From Clostridia bacterium (lineage in GTDB: Bacteria; Bacillota; Clostridia; RGIG6154): a stretch of DNA of 64,000 nt. Both the position numbers and the translations under genes were made by a program. The notes beneath the pieces were generated by a model that had not been told where the DNA came from, did no database searches, and saw nothing but the letters and a program-made list of their open reading frames with translations. Position 1 is the first letter of the stretch. Each line of letters starts with the position of its first letter. The stretch lies in contig JAZROD010000032.1 of the NCBI GenBank assembly GCA_045648505.1, forward strand, positions 722-64,721, written 5' to 3'. Positions 1 to 8,277 of the stretch are shown piece after piece.

Positions 1-133
1 CATCAAATATTTCTTTAATCAAAAGGTAATCGTAATAATCTTTATCTTCCGTTCCACGATATTTGTAATATGTTCTATTTGATATATCTAACACTTCACA
101 CATATTGTCAAGAGAATACTTGTTTATATGCAT
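1..133 (-). CDS. IS3-family transposase OrfB, N-terminal fragment (continues beyond position 1)
   Basis: Own translation of the minus strand: MHINKYSLDNMCEVLDISNRTYYKYRGTEDKDYYDYLLIKEIFD, an HTH_21-like OrfB N-terminus. The frame is open from 196, is -1 relative to orfA, and has no stop before the window edge. Confidence 0.6.
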   Translation of the reverse strand, partial: MHINKYSLDNMCEVLDISNRTYYKYRGTEDKDYYDYLLIKEIFD

Positions 134-144
134 ATTAATAAAGA

Positions 145-444
145 TTATCTTTTCTCTCGTCGTGCCTTGAGGAAGGCTTGGTATTTTTTTAGTATTTCAT
201 ATTTTTCTTTATAATTAACATCATTATCATCTTTTCTCGGTCTGCCTGAACCACCTTTCCGATTATCCTGCAAAACATCTTTGCCCTCTTTTATTTTGCG
301 AACCCAATTTCGTATAGTATGTTGAGAAATTTCATACTCTCTGCCTAACGAAGTTGATGGAATATGTTCGTTAAAATACTTGTATAAGATTTCTTCCTTC
401 ATTGATGCTGAATATTTTTTAAATGTTTGACCTTTTTTTGCCAT
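145..444 (-). CDS. IS3-family transposase OrfA (helix-turn-helix)
   Basis: 99-aa ORF. STSLGREYEISQHTIRNWVRK is an HTH and the C-terminal part looks like a leucine-zipper-like KEKYEILKKYQAFLK. RBS GGAGGTG lies upstream. Confidence 0.8.
   Translation of the reverse strand: MAKKGQTFKKYSASMKEEILYKYFNEHIPSTSLGREYEISQHTIRNWVRKIKEGKDVLQDNRKGGSGRPRKDDNDVNYKEKYEILKKYQAFLKARREKR
184..190 (-). promoter_or_regulatory. Programmed -1 ribosomal frameshift heptamer A_AAA_AAA (orfA to orfAB fusion)
   Basis: The minus strand reads cta aaa aaa tac in the orfA frame. The -1 frame is open from 196 through the orfB ATG at 133. This is the classic IS3-family arrangement. Confidence 0.6.
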
Positions 445-549
445 AAAAACACCTCCTATGATAATTATACCATAAGAGGTGCGTTTTTTTATTTTTTGTG
501 AACTAAATGGGGTTCACTTCAAATTTTGCGGTGTTTTTAAGGAGAAAAT

Positions 550-1149
550 ATGATTAAATATTTAACAGTTGTAACAGGAAGGATGTATCAGGTTAACTGC
601 TATATTATATATAATGAAAATAATAAAGCGGTAATTGTTGACCCGGGTGATGAATTTGAGCTTATTGATAAAACATTAAAAAACAATAAATTAAAACCTG
701 AAGCAATACTTCTTACACACGGACATTTTGACCATGTTGGTGCAGTAAGAAAATTAAAAGATAAATATAAAATCAAAGTATATATGAATTTTGATGATAT
801 TATGCTTTTAAGCTTTATGAGAGAAAGTGATTTTGTACCTGATGTTGATGTTAAGAATATCACAGAAATCAGCATAGATGGTATGAATATAAAATGTATA
901 AACACTCCTGGCCACAGCGAGGGGAGTACCTGTTATATAATTGAAGATATGCTATTTTGCGGTGATACATTGTTTGCAGGAAGCATCGGAAGATGTGATT
1001 TGCCGGGCGGTTCACCGACGGTTATGATGAATACTTTAAGAAATATAGTTGTGAAATTTGATGATGATTTAAAGGTTCTTTCAGGACACGGAGAAGAGTC
1101 TTCAATGAGTTATGAAAAGGCCACAAATTATTACTTAAAAAATTTATAA
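550..1149 (+). CDS. MBL-fold metallo-hydrolase (hydroxyacylglutathione hydrolase-like)
   Basis: THGHFDHVG metal motif, PGHSEGS, GDTLFAGSIGRCD. RBS AAGGAG precedes the start. Confidence 0.85.
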   Translation: MIKYLTVVTGRMYQVNCYIIYNENNKAVIVDPGDEFELIDKTLKNNKLKPEAILLTHGHFDHVGAVRKLKDKYKIKVYMNFDDIMLLSFMRESDFVPDVDVKNITEISIDGMNIKCINTPGHSEGSTCYIIEDMLFCGDTLFAGSIGRCDLPGGSPTVMMNTLRNIVVKFDDDLKVLSGHGEESSMSYEKATNYYLKNL

Positions 1150-1167
1150 TATTTTTCAAAAAAAGTA

Positions 1168-1196
1168 TTGACAATTAAGACAAATGTTGTTATAAT
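1168..1196 (+). promoter_or_regulatory. Consensus sigma-A promoter for the tRNA cluster
   Basis: TTGACA (1168-1173), 17-nt spacer, TATAAT (1191-1196), about 22 nt before the first tRNA. Confidence 0.85.
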
Positions 1197-1218
1197 ATAC
1201 AAGTCGCAAATGAGAAAT

Positions 1219-1292
1219 GCGGGTGTAGTTCAATGGTAGAACCCCAGCCTTCCAAGCTGGTCGTGTGAGTTCGATTCTCATCACCCGCTCCA
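1219..1292 (+). tRNA. tRNA-Gly (anticodon UCC), CCA encoded
   Basis: Cloverleaf folded by eye. Acceptor GCGGGTG/CACCCGC, anticodon loop CTTCCAA, T-loop GGTTCGATTCC-like (GAGTTCGATTCTC). Confidence 0.9.
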
Positions 1293-1298
1293 CCATAT

Positions 1299-1375
1299 GC
1301 GCCTGTAGCTCAGCTGGATAGAGCAATTGCCTTCTAAGCAATGGGCCAGGAGTTCGAATCTCTTCAGGCGCGCCA
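1299..1375 (+). tRNA. tRNA-Arg (anticodon UCU), CCA encoded
   Basis: Acceptor GCGCCTG/CAGGCGC, D-arm TAGCTCAGCTGGATAGAGC, anticodon loop CTTCTAA, T-arm GGAGTTCGAATCTC. Confidence 0.9.
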
Positions 1376-1396
1376 CTCATTTGCGGCACTTTTTAT

Positions 1397-1474
<78 letters not shown>

Positions 1475-1488
1475 TATTTTATCTTCAG

Positions 1489-1520
1489 ACAAGCTTCTTG
1501 CCGGAGGCTTGTTTGTTTTT
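1489..1520 (+). terminator. Rho-independent terminator after the tRNA cluster
   Basis: 9-bp stem ACAAGCTTC/GAGGCTTGT (one G-U pair) followed by TTGTTTTT. Confidence 0.6.
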
Positions 1521-1549
1521 GAGCAAAATTATTTTGTGGAGGAAAAATT

Positions 1550-2845
1550 ATGAGTATTTTACTATCAGTTTCAATTGCACTTTTGGCAGGTCTTTTAATG
1601 ACCAGAGCATTTAAACCATTAAGACTGCCATCAGTTACTGCTTATCTTATAGCAGGCGTACTTATCGGTCCTTACTGTATGGGTGCTTTAGGCATAGACG
1701 GACTTGGCTTCAATTCACACGAAGCAGTTAATACACTTAAACTTGTGTCAGAAGTAGCACTTGGATTTATTGCATTTTCAATCGGTAATGAATTCAGAGT
1801 TGACGAATTAAAGAAAACAGGTATGCAGGCAACAGTTATCGGTATTTTTCAGGCGCTTGTAGCAACACTTTTTGTTGACCTTGCACTTTATGTAGTACAT
1901 ATTTTAATGCCTGAAAAGCTTACAGTTCCACAGCTTATAACACTTGGTGCTATCGCTACTGCAACTGCACCTGCAGCAACACTTATGGTTGTAAGACAGT
2001 ATAAAGCAAAAGGACCTTTAACAAATCTTCTTTTGCCTATCGTTGCACTTGACGATGCCGTTGGTCTTATTGTTTTTGCAATTTCATTCGGTATAGCAAA
2101 AACACTTGTTTCAGGTAATGTTGATATGATTGCTATTGTTGTAAATCCTTTGGTTGAAATTGTATGTTCACTTGGTCTTGGTGCAATTATGGGTTGGATT
2201 TTAACTCAGCTTGAAAAAATGTTTAACTCAAATACAAACAGATTAAATATGACAATCACATTTGTATTCTTAACTGTTGCACTTTCAATGCTTGATTTCC
2301 ACATTGGATCTGTTCATATCAGCTTCTCATCACTTCTTGTTTGTATGATGCTTGGTACAGTGTTCTGCAACATTTGTCCTTTATCACACGACCTTATGGA
2401 AAAAGCAGATAAATGGACATCACCACTTTTTGCACTTTTCTTTGTTATCAGCGGTGCAGAGCTTGAGCTTGGTGTGTTCGTTGATGTTGCTATTGTGGTT
2501 ATCGGCGTTGTATATATCATTTTCCGTTCACTTGGAAAATATTTTGGTTCACTTGTCAGTGCGAAAGCTGTTAAGTGTGAACCGGCTATTTGTAAATATC
2601 TTGGTATAACCCTTCTTCCACAGGCAGGTGTTGCACTTGGTATGTGTGCAACTGCAATGCAGCTTGGAGAACAGGGAAATCTCATTAGAAATATTACTCT
2701 TTTTGCAGTTCTTATCTATGAATTGTTTGGTCCTTTAATGACAAGAGAAGCTTTGAAAGCGGCAGGCGATATTAAACCTATGTCTGATGAAGTTAAGATG
2801 CGCAGACATAATAAGCTTGCAGATGCCCAGAACAAAAATAAATGA
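1550..2845 (+). CDS. Cation:proton antiporter (Na+/H+ exchanger family, CPA2-like)
   Basis: 431 aa, about 12 TM helices, typical Na_H_exchanger pattern (LIAGVLIGP, FSIGNEF). RBS GGAGGA. Confidence 0.8.
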   Translation: MSILLSVSIALLAGLLMTRAFKPLRLPSVTAYLIAGVLIGPYCMGALGIDGLGFNSHEAVNTLKLVSEVALGFIAFSIGNEFRVDELKKTGMQATVIGIFQALVATLFVDLALYVVHILMPEKLTVPQLITLGAIATATAPAATLMVVRQYKAKGPLTNLLLPIVALDDAVGLIVFAISFGIAKTLVSGNVDMIAIVVNPLVEIVCSLGLGAIMGWILTQLEKMFNSNTNRLNMTITFVFLTVALSMLDFHIGSVHISFSSLLVCMMLGTVFCNICPLSHDLMEKADKWTSPLFALFFVISGAELELGVFVDVAIVVIGVVYIIFRSLGKYFGSLVSAKAVKCEPAICKYLGITLLPQAGVALGMCATAMQLGEQGNLIRNITLFAVLIYELFGPLMTREALKAAGDIKPMSDEVKMRRHNKLADAQNKNK

Positions 2846-2859
2846 TTTGAGGGAATAAA

Positions 2860-4095
2860 ATGTATTTTAGTAAAAGATTTAATGCAACTAAAGAATATTT
2901 GTTCTCATTTCTGAAATGGTCTCTTCTTGGTATAATTATAGGTATAGTGGGAGGAGTGGTTGGCTCTGTTTTTCACAAATGCATAGATTTTGCTACCGAA
3001 TTCAGAGCAGAGCATAACTTTGTTATGTGGTTTTTACCACTTGCAGTACTGCTTATTGTGTGTCTTTACAGACTTTTCAATAAGTGCGGAAATATAGACA
3101 CAAACCGAGTGCTTGAGTCTATAAGAAACAATAAAGATGTTCCTCTTATAATGGTGCCGTTAATATTTGTTGGTACAGTTTTAACTCATCTTGTAGGTGC
3201 ATCTGCAGGCAGAGAAGGTGCCGCGCTTCAGATTGGCGGAGGTATCGGCTACAATATAGGAAAAGTTTTCAGATTGAACGAAAATAATATGCATACTGTT
3301 GTGATGACAGGTATGAGTGCAGTTTTTTCTGCACTGTTCGGAACTCCCGTAACAGCTGCATTTTTCTCTATTGAAGTTATAAATGTTGGTAAAATCAGTT
3401 ATGCAGGCATTGTTCCGTGCATTATTTCTGCTGTTACTGCATTTTCTGTATCAAATATGTTTGGTATTGAACCTGTATCATTTATGATACCTGAATATGA
3501 TTTAAATGCACCATTGGTGCTTAAAACTGTTTTAATTGCAATAATACTTGCAGTTATGGCAATAGCATTTTGTTCAGCCATAAAACATACAGAAGAATTG
3601 TTTAAATTTTTATTTAAAAACAGATATATAAGAGCAATCTCAGGCGGTTTACTTGTTTTAGCATTAAGTTTTATATTCTCATCAGGCGACTATAACGGTG
3701 CAGGAATGAATGTTATAGAAAATGCTATGAAGGGAATAGCCAGACCTGAAGCTTTTATTGTTAAGCTTCTGTTTACTGCAATTTCAATTGCGGCAGGCTT
3801 TAAAGGCGGAGAAATCGTACCTGCATTTTTTGTGGGTTCAACTCTTGGTTGTGTTTTAGGAAGCTTGCTTGGAGTTGACGGATGTTTAGGCGCGGCAATC
3901 GGTTTTGTGGCATTGTTCTGCGGGGTAGTTAATTGCCCTGTTGCATCAACAATTCTTGCAGTTGAAGTTTTTGGGTCACATTATATAATTCTTTTTGCAA
4001 TAGTATGTGCAGTAAGCTATATGATGTCAGGAAGATACAGTTTATACAAAAGTCAGAATATCTATTTTTCAAAAACTGAAGATAAAAAAATATAA
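2860..4095 (+). CDS. Voltage-gated ClC-family channel/antiporter, short form without CBS domains (possibly CLC-F-like)
   Basis: 411 aa. Motifs GASAGREGAALQIGG and GGEIVPAFFVGS. Polytopic membrane protein. RBS GAGGGA. Confidence 0.8.
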   Translation: MYFSKRFNATKEYLFSFLKWSLLGIIIGIVGGVVGSVFHKCIDFATEFRAEHNFVMWFLPLAVLLIVCLYRLFNKCGNIDTNRVLESIRNNKDVPLIMVPLIFVGTVLTHLVGASAGREGAALQIGGGIGYNIGKVFRLNENNMHTVVMTGMSAVFSALFGTPVTAAFFSIEVINVGKISYAGIVPCIISAVTAFSVSNMFGIEPVSFMIPEYDLNAPLVLKTVLIAIILAVMAIAFCSAIKHTEELFKFLFKNRYIRAISGGLLVLALSFIFSSGDYNGAGMNVIENAMKGIARPEAFIVKLLFTAISIAAGFKGGEIVPAFFVGSTLGCVLGSLLGVDGCLGAAIGFVALFCGVVNCPVASTILAVEVFGSHYIILFAIVCAVSYMMSGRYSLYKSQNIYFSKTEDKKI

Positions 4096-4097
4096 TA

Positions 4098-4140
4098 AAA
4101 AAATCCCCCATATTCAATTATTGAATATGGGGGATTTTTT
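4098..4140 (+). terminator. Rho-independent terminator
   Basis: Perfect stem AAAAAATCCCCCATATTCAA/TTGAATATGGGGGATTTTTT. Confidence 0.9.
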
Positions 4141-4248
4141 ATGTTAATATTGAAATAATTATAAAAGAGTATACAATAAATACCAACAAGTTATTTTGCA
4201 AAAAGCGATTTTTGGAAAGGTTTTTGCAAATAATAGCACATATTGGTA

Positions 4249-4278
4249 TTGAAAGGATATACCTCAAAATGCTATAAT
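4249..4278 (+). promoter_or_regulatory. Candidate sigma-A promoter of the AraC-family gene
   Basis: TTGAAA, 18-nt spacer, extended -10 TGCTATAAT. Confidence 0.5.
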
Positions 4279-4337
4279 TATTTTGTAATAGTTAGCATTT
4301 GAAAAACTACTTTAAGAGATAAAATACAAAACAGGGA

Positions 4338-5114
4338 GTGAGATGCTTGGCTGATTACCATCTTACCAATTACGGGTGCAGAGCTTTTAAGAAAAATGAA
4401 GTCTGGCAGTTTAACAACGATAATGTAAACAGACTTCATTATGTTGTCAGCGGAAAAGGCTATTATATTTTAAACGGCGAAAAAATTTATTTCAAACCTG
4501 GGTGCATTTATATTATTCCACCGTTCTTTGATTACAACACAGGCTATGATAAAGATATCGGCTTTAAACATATGTATTTCGATTTCTTTTCTGCAAGGCT
4601 TTTTGGGTTTGAAGAACCGCTCTGCCTTGAAGCAAGTGAACATGAAAGCATTCAGGGTGTTCTGAATATGCTCACAAGCTTTTTTGCGGATTGTGACAGA
4701 GGTCTGTATGATAAAGAAAAGAAAAAGATACATATAACGAGAGCGTTCACTTTTTTAATGGAGCTTATTGATGATTGCTACAATATCCGCTATGTCGCAG
4801 ATGAAAGAATTGAAAAGATTTTAAGATATATCCACGAAAATTATGCAAATGATATTACGGTAGATGATATGGCAAATCATTTGTATTTAAACAAAAGCTA
4901 TTTTTCAAAAATGTTTATGGAAAAAGTAAAAATGTCCCCACACGAATATCTTATATACTATCGTGTTATAAGAGGAATTGAAATGATAAAAAAAGGGCAA
5001 AAGATTAGCGATGTGGCAGAAAAAGTAGGATATAAAAACGCAAATTCATTTTCAACTGCTGTGAGAAAATACACCGGAAGTTCTCCAAAAGCTAACAAAT
5101 TAAGCTTGTTTTAA
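4338..5114 (+). CDS. AraC-family transcriptional regulator (cupin sensor plus C-terminal HTH)
   Basis: C-terminal AraC HTH region (ITVDDMANHLYLNKSYFSKMF ... GYKNANSFSTAVRKYTGSSP). Non-ATG start; GTG 4338 or TTG 4347, uncertain. Confidence 0.85.
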   Translation: MRCLADYHLTNYGCRAFKKNEVWQFNNDNVNRLHYVVSGKGYYILNGEKIYFKPGCIYIIPPFFDYNTGYDKDIGFKHMYFDFFSARLFGFEEPLCLEASEHESIQGVLNMLTSFFADCDRGLYDKEKKKIHITRAFTFLMELIDDCYNIRYVADERIEKILRYIHENYANDITVDDMANHLYLNKSYFSKMFMEKVKMSPHEYLIYYRVIRGIEMIKKGQKISDVAEKVGYKNANSFSTAVRKYTGSSPKANKLSLF

Positions 5115-5212
5115 TAACTTTTTTGGATAAAAAGCGATAAATACCTATAGAAAATAATAAAGTAAAGTAATAAAATTTAAATATAAAATAAAATTCAGAA
5201 AGGATTTTTATT

Positions 5213-8212
5213 ATGATGAAAAAATTTATAGCAATTGTAATGTGTATTATGCTTGTTTGCAGTGTTATTACAACAGTATCTGCAGATGAAACAACAGAGT
5301 ACATAACTTTCGATTTAAGAGAGGCAGGTGCAAATGCACAGATATTCGGTACTCAGGCAACTGCTGAGGCAATAGCGCAGATTCAGTCGGCTATTCCAAC
5401 AGTGAGCGATACACCTGTAGAATATTATTCTGCATATCCAACAAAAAAGGTAGACTCTACTAATATACCTGGCATAAGAGTAGTTCAAGTTCTTAATAAA
5501 GATGCTTTTGACGCTCAAAAAACAGCAGATGGTCTTATTTATGATATGAATAATGAAATACCTTTTAAAATCTTAACTGACGAAAATGCATCAAACGGTA
5601 TTTTAATAGGTACATCTAATGGCAATGAGCAGGTTCTTACACTCAATGCTGAAAAAGAAATGAATATGTTATACATATATTATACAACAACACCATCAAG
5701 CAAAATAGCTAACATTACTATAACATACACAGATAACTCAACAGATAATAAGTCTTTTGAAATCAAAGGTGCTGAATGGAACGAAGCTAACATAACAACA
5801 GGCTACTGGGGTAAAAAGTTTAAGCTTTTCTACAATATAAACCATTCATTAGCTACAAATGACGACTCTGTAGCAGTATCTGCAGCTACAGCTGCAGCCG
5901 ATGCAGAGAGACATCCAAATATCGCTGCGATAGAGTTAAACAGCACAAAAAAAGTGAAAAGCATTGCATTTAAGCTTTCAGATGGTTGGATAACAGCAGC
6001 AATTATCGGTATAACAGGTAGAGCTGCAACAGCGGAAGAAATTGCATCAGGAGCAACAACAATGAATTTAGCAGCACTTAAAGCTAAATACGCAGATGCA
6101 TCAGCAGTTACAATGGCTAATTGCAATGATGTAAGTACTTTACTTGCTGAAATCAATGATGAATTTGTACCTGTTGAAGATGCAGAGTATGTAGCATCAA
6201 TCAGAGCAGCAGTTGAAGCCATTTTTGCACAGGTAGATGAAACTGTTGCAAAATATGATATATTAGAAATTTCTAAGAATGTTCCTTTAGCTGCAAATGT
6301 AGGGGATACAACCAAAGTTATAGGTATTCAGCATGAGTTTGATGATCCGGCATTAGATACCGACAATGGCAATGATCAGTATGCCTTCAATATAGCTGCA
6401 CTTAATTATAAGGCAGTTAAGGGTTATACATTCTCAAACGATAACATACCTTTCAAAATTGAAGCTGACAGTAACGGATACTACGGAAGAAAAATCACTG
6501 GTAAGGCTAATCCTGCAGCAGAACTTACAGGAACTTATGAATTAACTATTCCTGAAGGTAAGAAATATACTAAAATAAGCTTTGTTGCACCTGCTTCGGG
6601 TACAGAAACTCAGAACAGAGATGATGTTTCATATAAACTTGTTTATGACGATGGAACAGCAAATGGTAAAACGGTAATATATAATACTAGCCAAATTCAG
6701 TGGAATACAGTAGCAAGAGAAGAGAATAAGACTTCACTTGTAAATGATCCAAATGCTTCATATATCCTTTATGAAACAGATACTAATAACAGAAACAATA
6801 CATATAACTGGTTAACATACGATTATTCAGCAGGAAAATACCTTTCAGTTAATGATGCTTTCTTAAATACTTATGTACCTGTGTATAACTTACCTGTTGA
6901 CCCTACAAAAACTCTTAAAAAGGTTGTAATAACCTGTACACCAGTATGGCGTGCAAACACAATCCTTGCAGCAACAGCACATAAAGCTGTTCTTTCAGAT
7001 GTTATTGACACATTGGAAGTAACAGCTGAAACCTACAAAGATGTAAGTGTAATGATTGAAGAATTACCTGAAGGAGATTTAACACCTGCACAGGAAGAAA
7101 AATTAGAAGTCATCAAAAAGCAGATTAAATTCTATGTTCAGGATTATGTACCTTTCGAAATTCCTGAAAACGTATTTAATGGTAAAGTGTTTGGTACCGA
7201 TGTTGCCAAAGCAGATGTAAAACTTGAGGATTATATTTCTGTAAACGATACAGTAGGTGATAGTTGTATTCTCGACAAAGTTAAATGGGATGCTGACAAG
7301 AAAGAAGGCTTGATTTATTCAGCAAATGATATTCCATTTAATGTAAACACAGATAAAGGTTTGCTTTTCGGTAATCATTCACAAGAGATAGTTAGAATTG
7401 ACATCCCTGAAGGAAATTACGATTCTATAAGTGCATTGTTTGCATTTTCAAATGTAGATAGTGGTGCATTTAAAATGAGAGCAATATATGATGATGGAAA
7501 TGAAACAGTTGATTCAAACTGGGATCCTGCAAACTACGGGCATTGCAACGGAAACTTTGAAACACAGACTAAGACAGACAAGAAAGAAGCAGATTCATAT
7601 GTTGTAATTTCAGGTGGCGGTACATTGAGAGACGATAATGATCCTGACAGATTCACTACTTTTGGTGCAAGGTATTATTTCCCTGTTATGACTCTTGATA
7701 CAGATATAGAAAAAACACTTGTAGCAGTTGAATTCACAAATACAAGAAATAATGTAAACGGAGCAATTCTCGGTGTAACAGGTTCAAGAAATGATTCAAC
7801 TCATAAGACACTTACAAGAGTATTTAACTCACTTATGAATAGCTTTACAGATGCCGAACTTGAAGCTGCTCACAGCGCATATGTAAACTCATATGATACA
7901 GGTCTTTACACAAACAAAACTTACGGTTTAGAACCTATGGATGTAATTTATCTTAAACATAGTAACAACACTTTAAGCGGTAAGGTTATGTCTTATGTAA
8001 ATACAGATAATGAGTATACAGTTGTTGCATTGGTTTTAAATGCAGACGGTTCATTTGACAGAGTTGAAATAATGGGCAACGGCACAGCTAATTTAAGTGC
8101 TCACGATTTCAGTGAAACAATAGTACTTGAAGAGGGACAGAAAATCAATGTTCTTCTCTGGGAAAACTTTGCAACACTTAAACCTTATATGACAGCGAAA
8201 GTCGTAAAATAG
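5213..8212 (+). CDS. Secreted 999-aa protein A: signal peptide, three copies of an unassigned ~200-240 aa module, C-terminal W-motif module
   Basis: Signal peptide MMKKFIAIVMCIMLVCSVITTVSA. Module copies lie at about 5291-6033, 6258-6987 and 7144-7792. The C-terminal end reads VLLWENFATLKPY. Confidence 0.8.
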   Translation: MMKKFIAIVMCIMLVCSVITTVSADETTEYITFDLREAGANAQIFGTQATAEAIAQIQSAIPTVSDTPVEYYSAYPTKKVDSTNIPGIRVVQVLNKDAFDAQKTADGLIYDMNNEIPFKILTDENASNGILIGTSNGNEQVLTLNAEKEMNMLYIYYTTTPSSKIANITITYTDNSTDNKSFEIKGAEWNEANITTGYWGKKFKLFYNINHSLATNDDSVAVSAATAAADAERHPNIAAIELNSTKKVKSIAFKLSDGWITAAIIGITGRAATAEEIASGATTMNLAALKAKYADASAVTMANCNDVSTLLAEINDEFVPVEDAEYVASIRAAVEAIFAQVDETVAKYDILEISKNVPLAANVGDTTKVIGIQHEFDDPALDTDNGNDQYAFNIAALNYKAVKGYTFSNDNIPFKIEADSNGYYGRKITGKANPAAELTGTYELTIPEGKKYTKISFVAPASGTETQNRDDVSYKLVYDDGTANGKTVIYNTSQIQWNTVAREENKTSLVNDPNASYILYETDTNNRNNTYNWLTYDYSAGKYLSVNDAFLNTYVPVYNLPVDPTKTLKKVVITCTPVWRANTILAATAHKAVLSDVIDTLEVTAETYKDVSVMIEELPEGDLTPAQEEKLEVIKKQIKFYVQDYVPFEIPENVFNGKVFGTDVAKADVKLEDYISVNDTVGDSCILDKVKWDADKKEGLIYSANDIPFNVNTDKGLLFGNHSQEIVRIDIPEGNYDSISALFAFSNVDSGAFKMRAIYDDGNETVDSNWDPANYGHCNGNFETQTKTDKKEADSYVVISGGGTLRDDNDPDRFTTFGARYYFPVMTLDTDIEKTLVAVEFTNTRNNVNGAILGVTGSRNDSTHKTLTRVFNSLMNSFTDAELEAAHSAYVNSYDTGLYTNKTYGLEPMDVIYLKHSNNTLSGKVMSYVNTDNEYTVVALVLNADGSFDRVEIMGNGTANLSAHDFSETIVLEEGQKINVLLWENFATLKPYMTAKVVK

Positions 8213-8221
8213 TTTTTTAAT

Positions 8222-8260
8222 AAAGCACGATTTTTGTTATAAAAAATCGTGCTTTTCATT
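8222..8260 (+). terminator. Rho-independent terminator/attenuator between proteins A and B
   Basis: Stem AAAGCACGATTTTT/AAAAATCGTGCTTT followed by a T-rich tail. Confidence 0.7.
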
Positions 8261-8277
8261 TAGGAAAGGAAAATGTT

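Larger units (their letters stand above)
1..521 (-). mobile_element. IS3-family (IS150-like) insertion sequence, 5' part only; truncated by the window edge
   Basis: HTH orfA is followed by orfB in the -1 frame. An A_AAA_AAA slippery heptamer lies in the overlap. On the minus strand the element end reads TGAAGTGAACCCCATTTAGTTCAC (TG-initiated terminal repeat) and finishes at 521. Confidence 0.7.

Noticed and set aside
1475-1549. Fluoride riboswitch upstream of the antiporter/ClC pair
   Set aside because: The sequence is just a terminator hairpin plus an RBS. Nothing resembles the crcB-motif consensus.
5830-6315. 161-aa Ala/Ser-rich ORF antisense to protein A
   Set aside because: It arises from the reverse complement of a GCA/GCT-rich (Ala-rich) linker region of protein A, with no independent signals.
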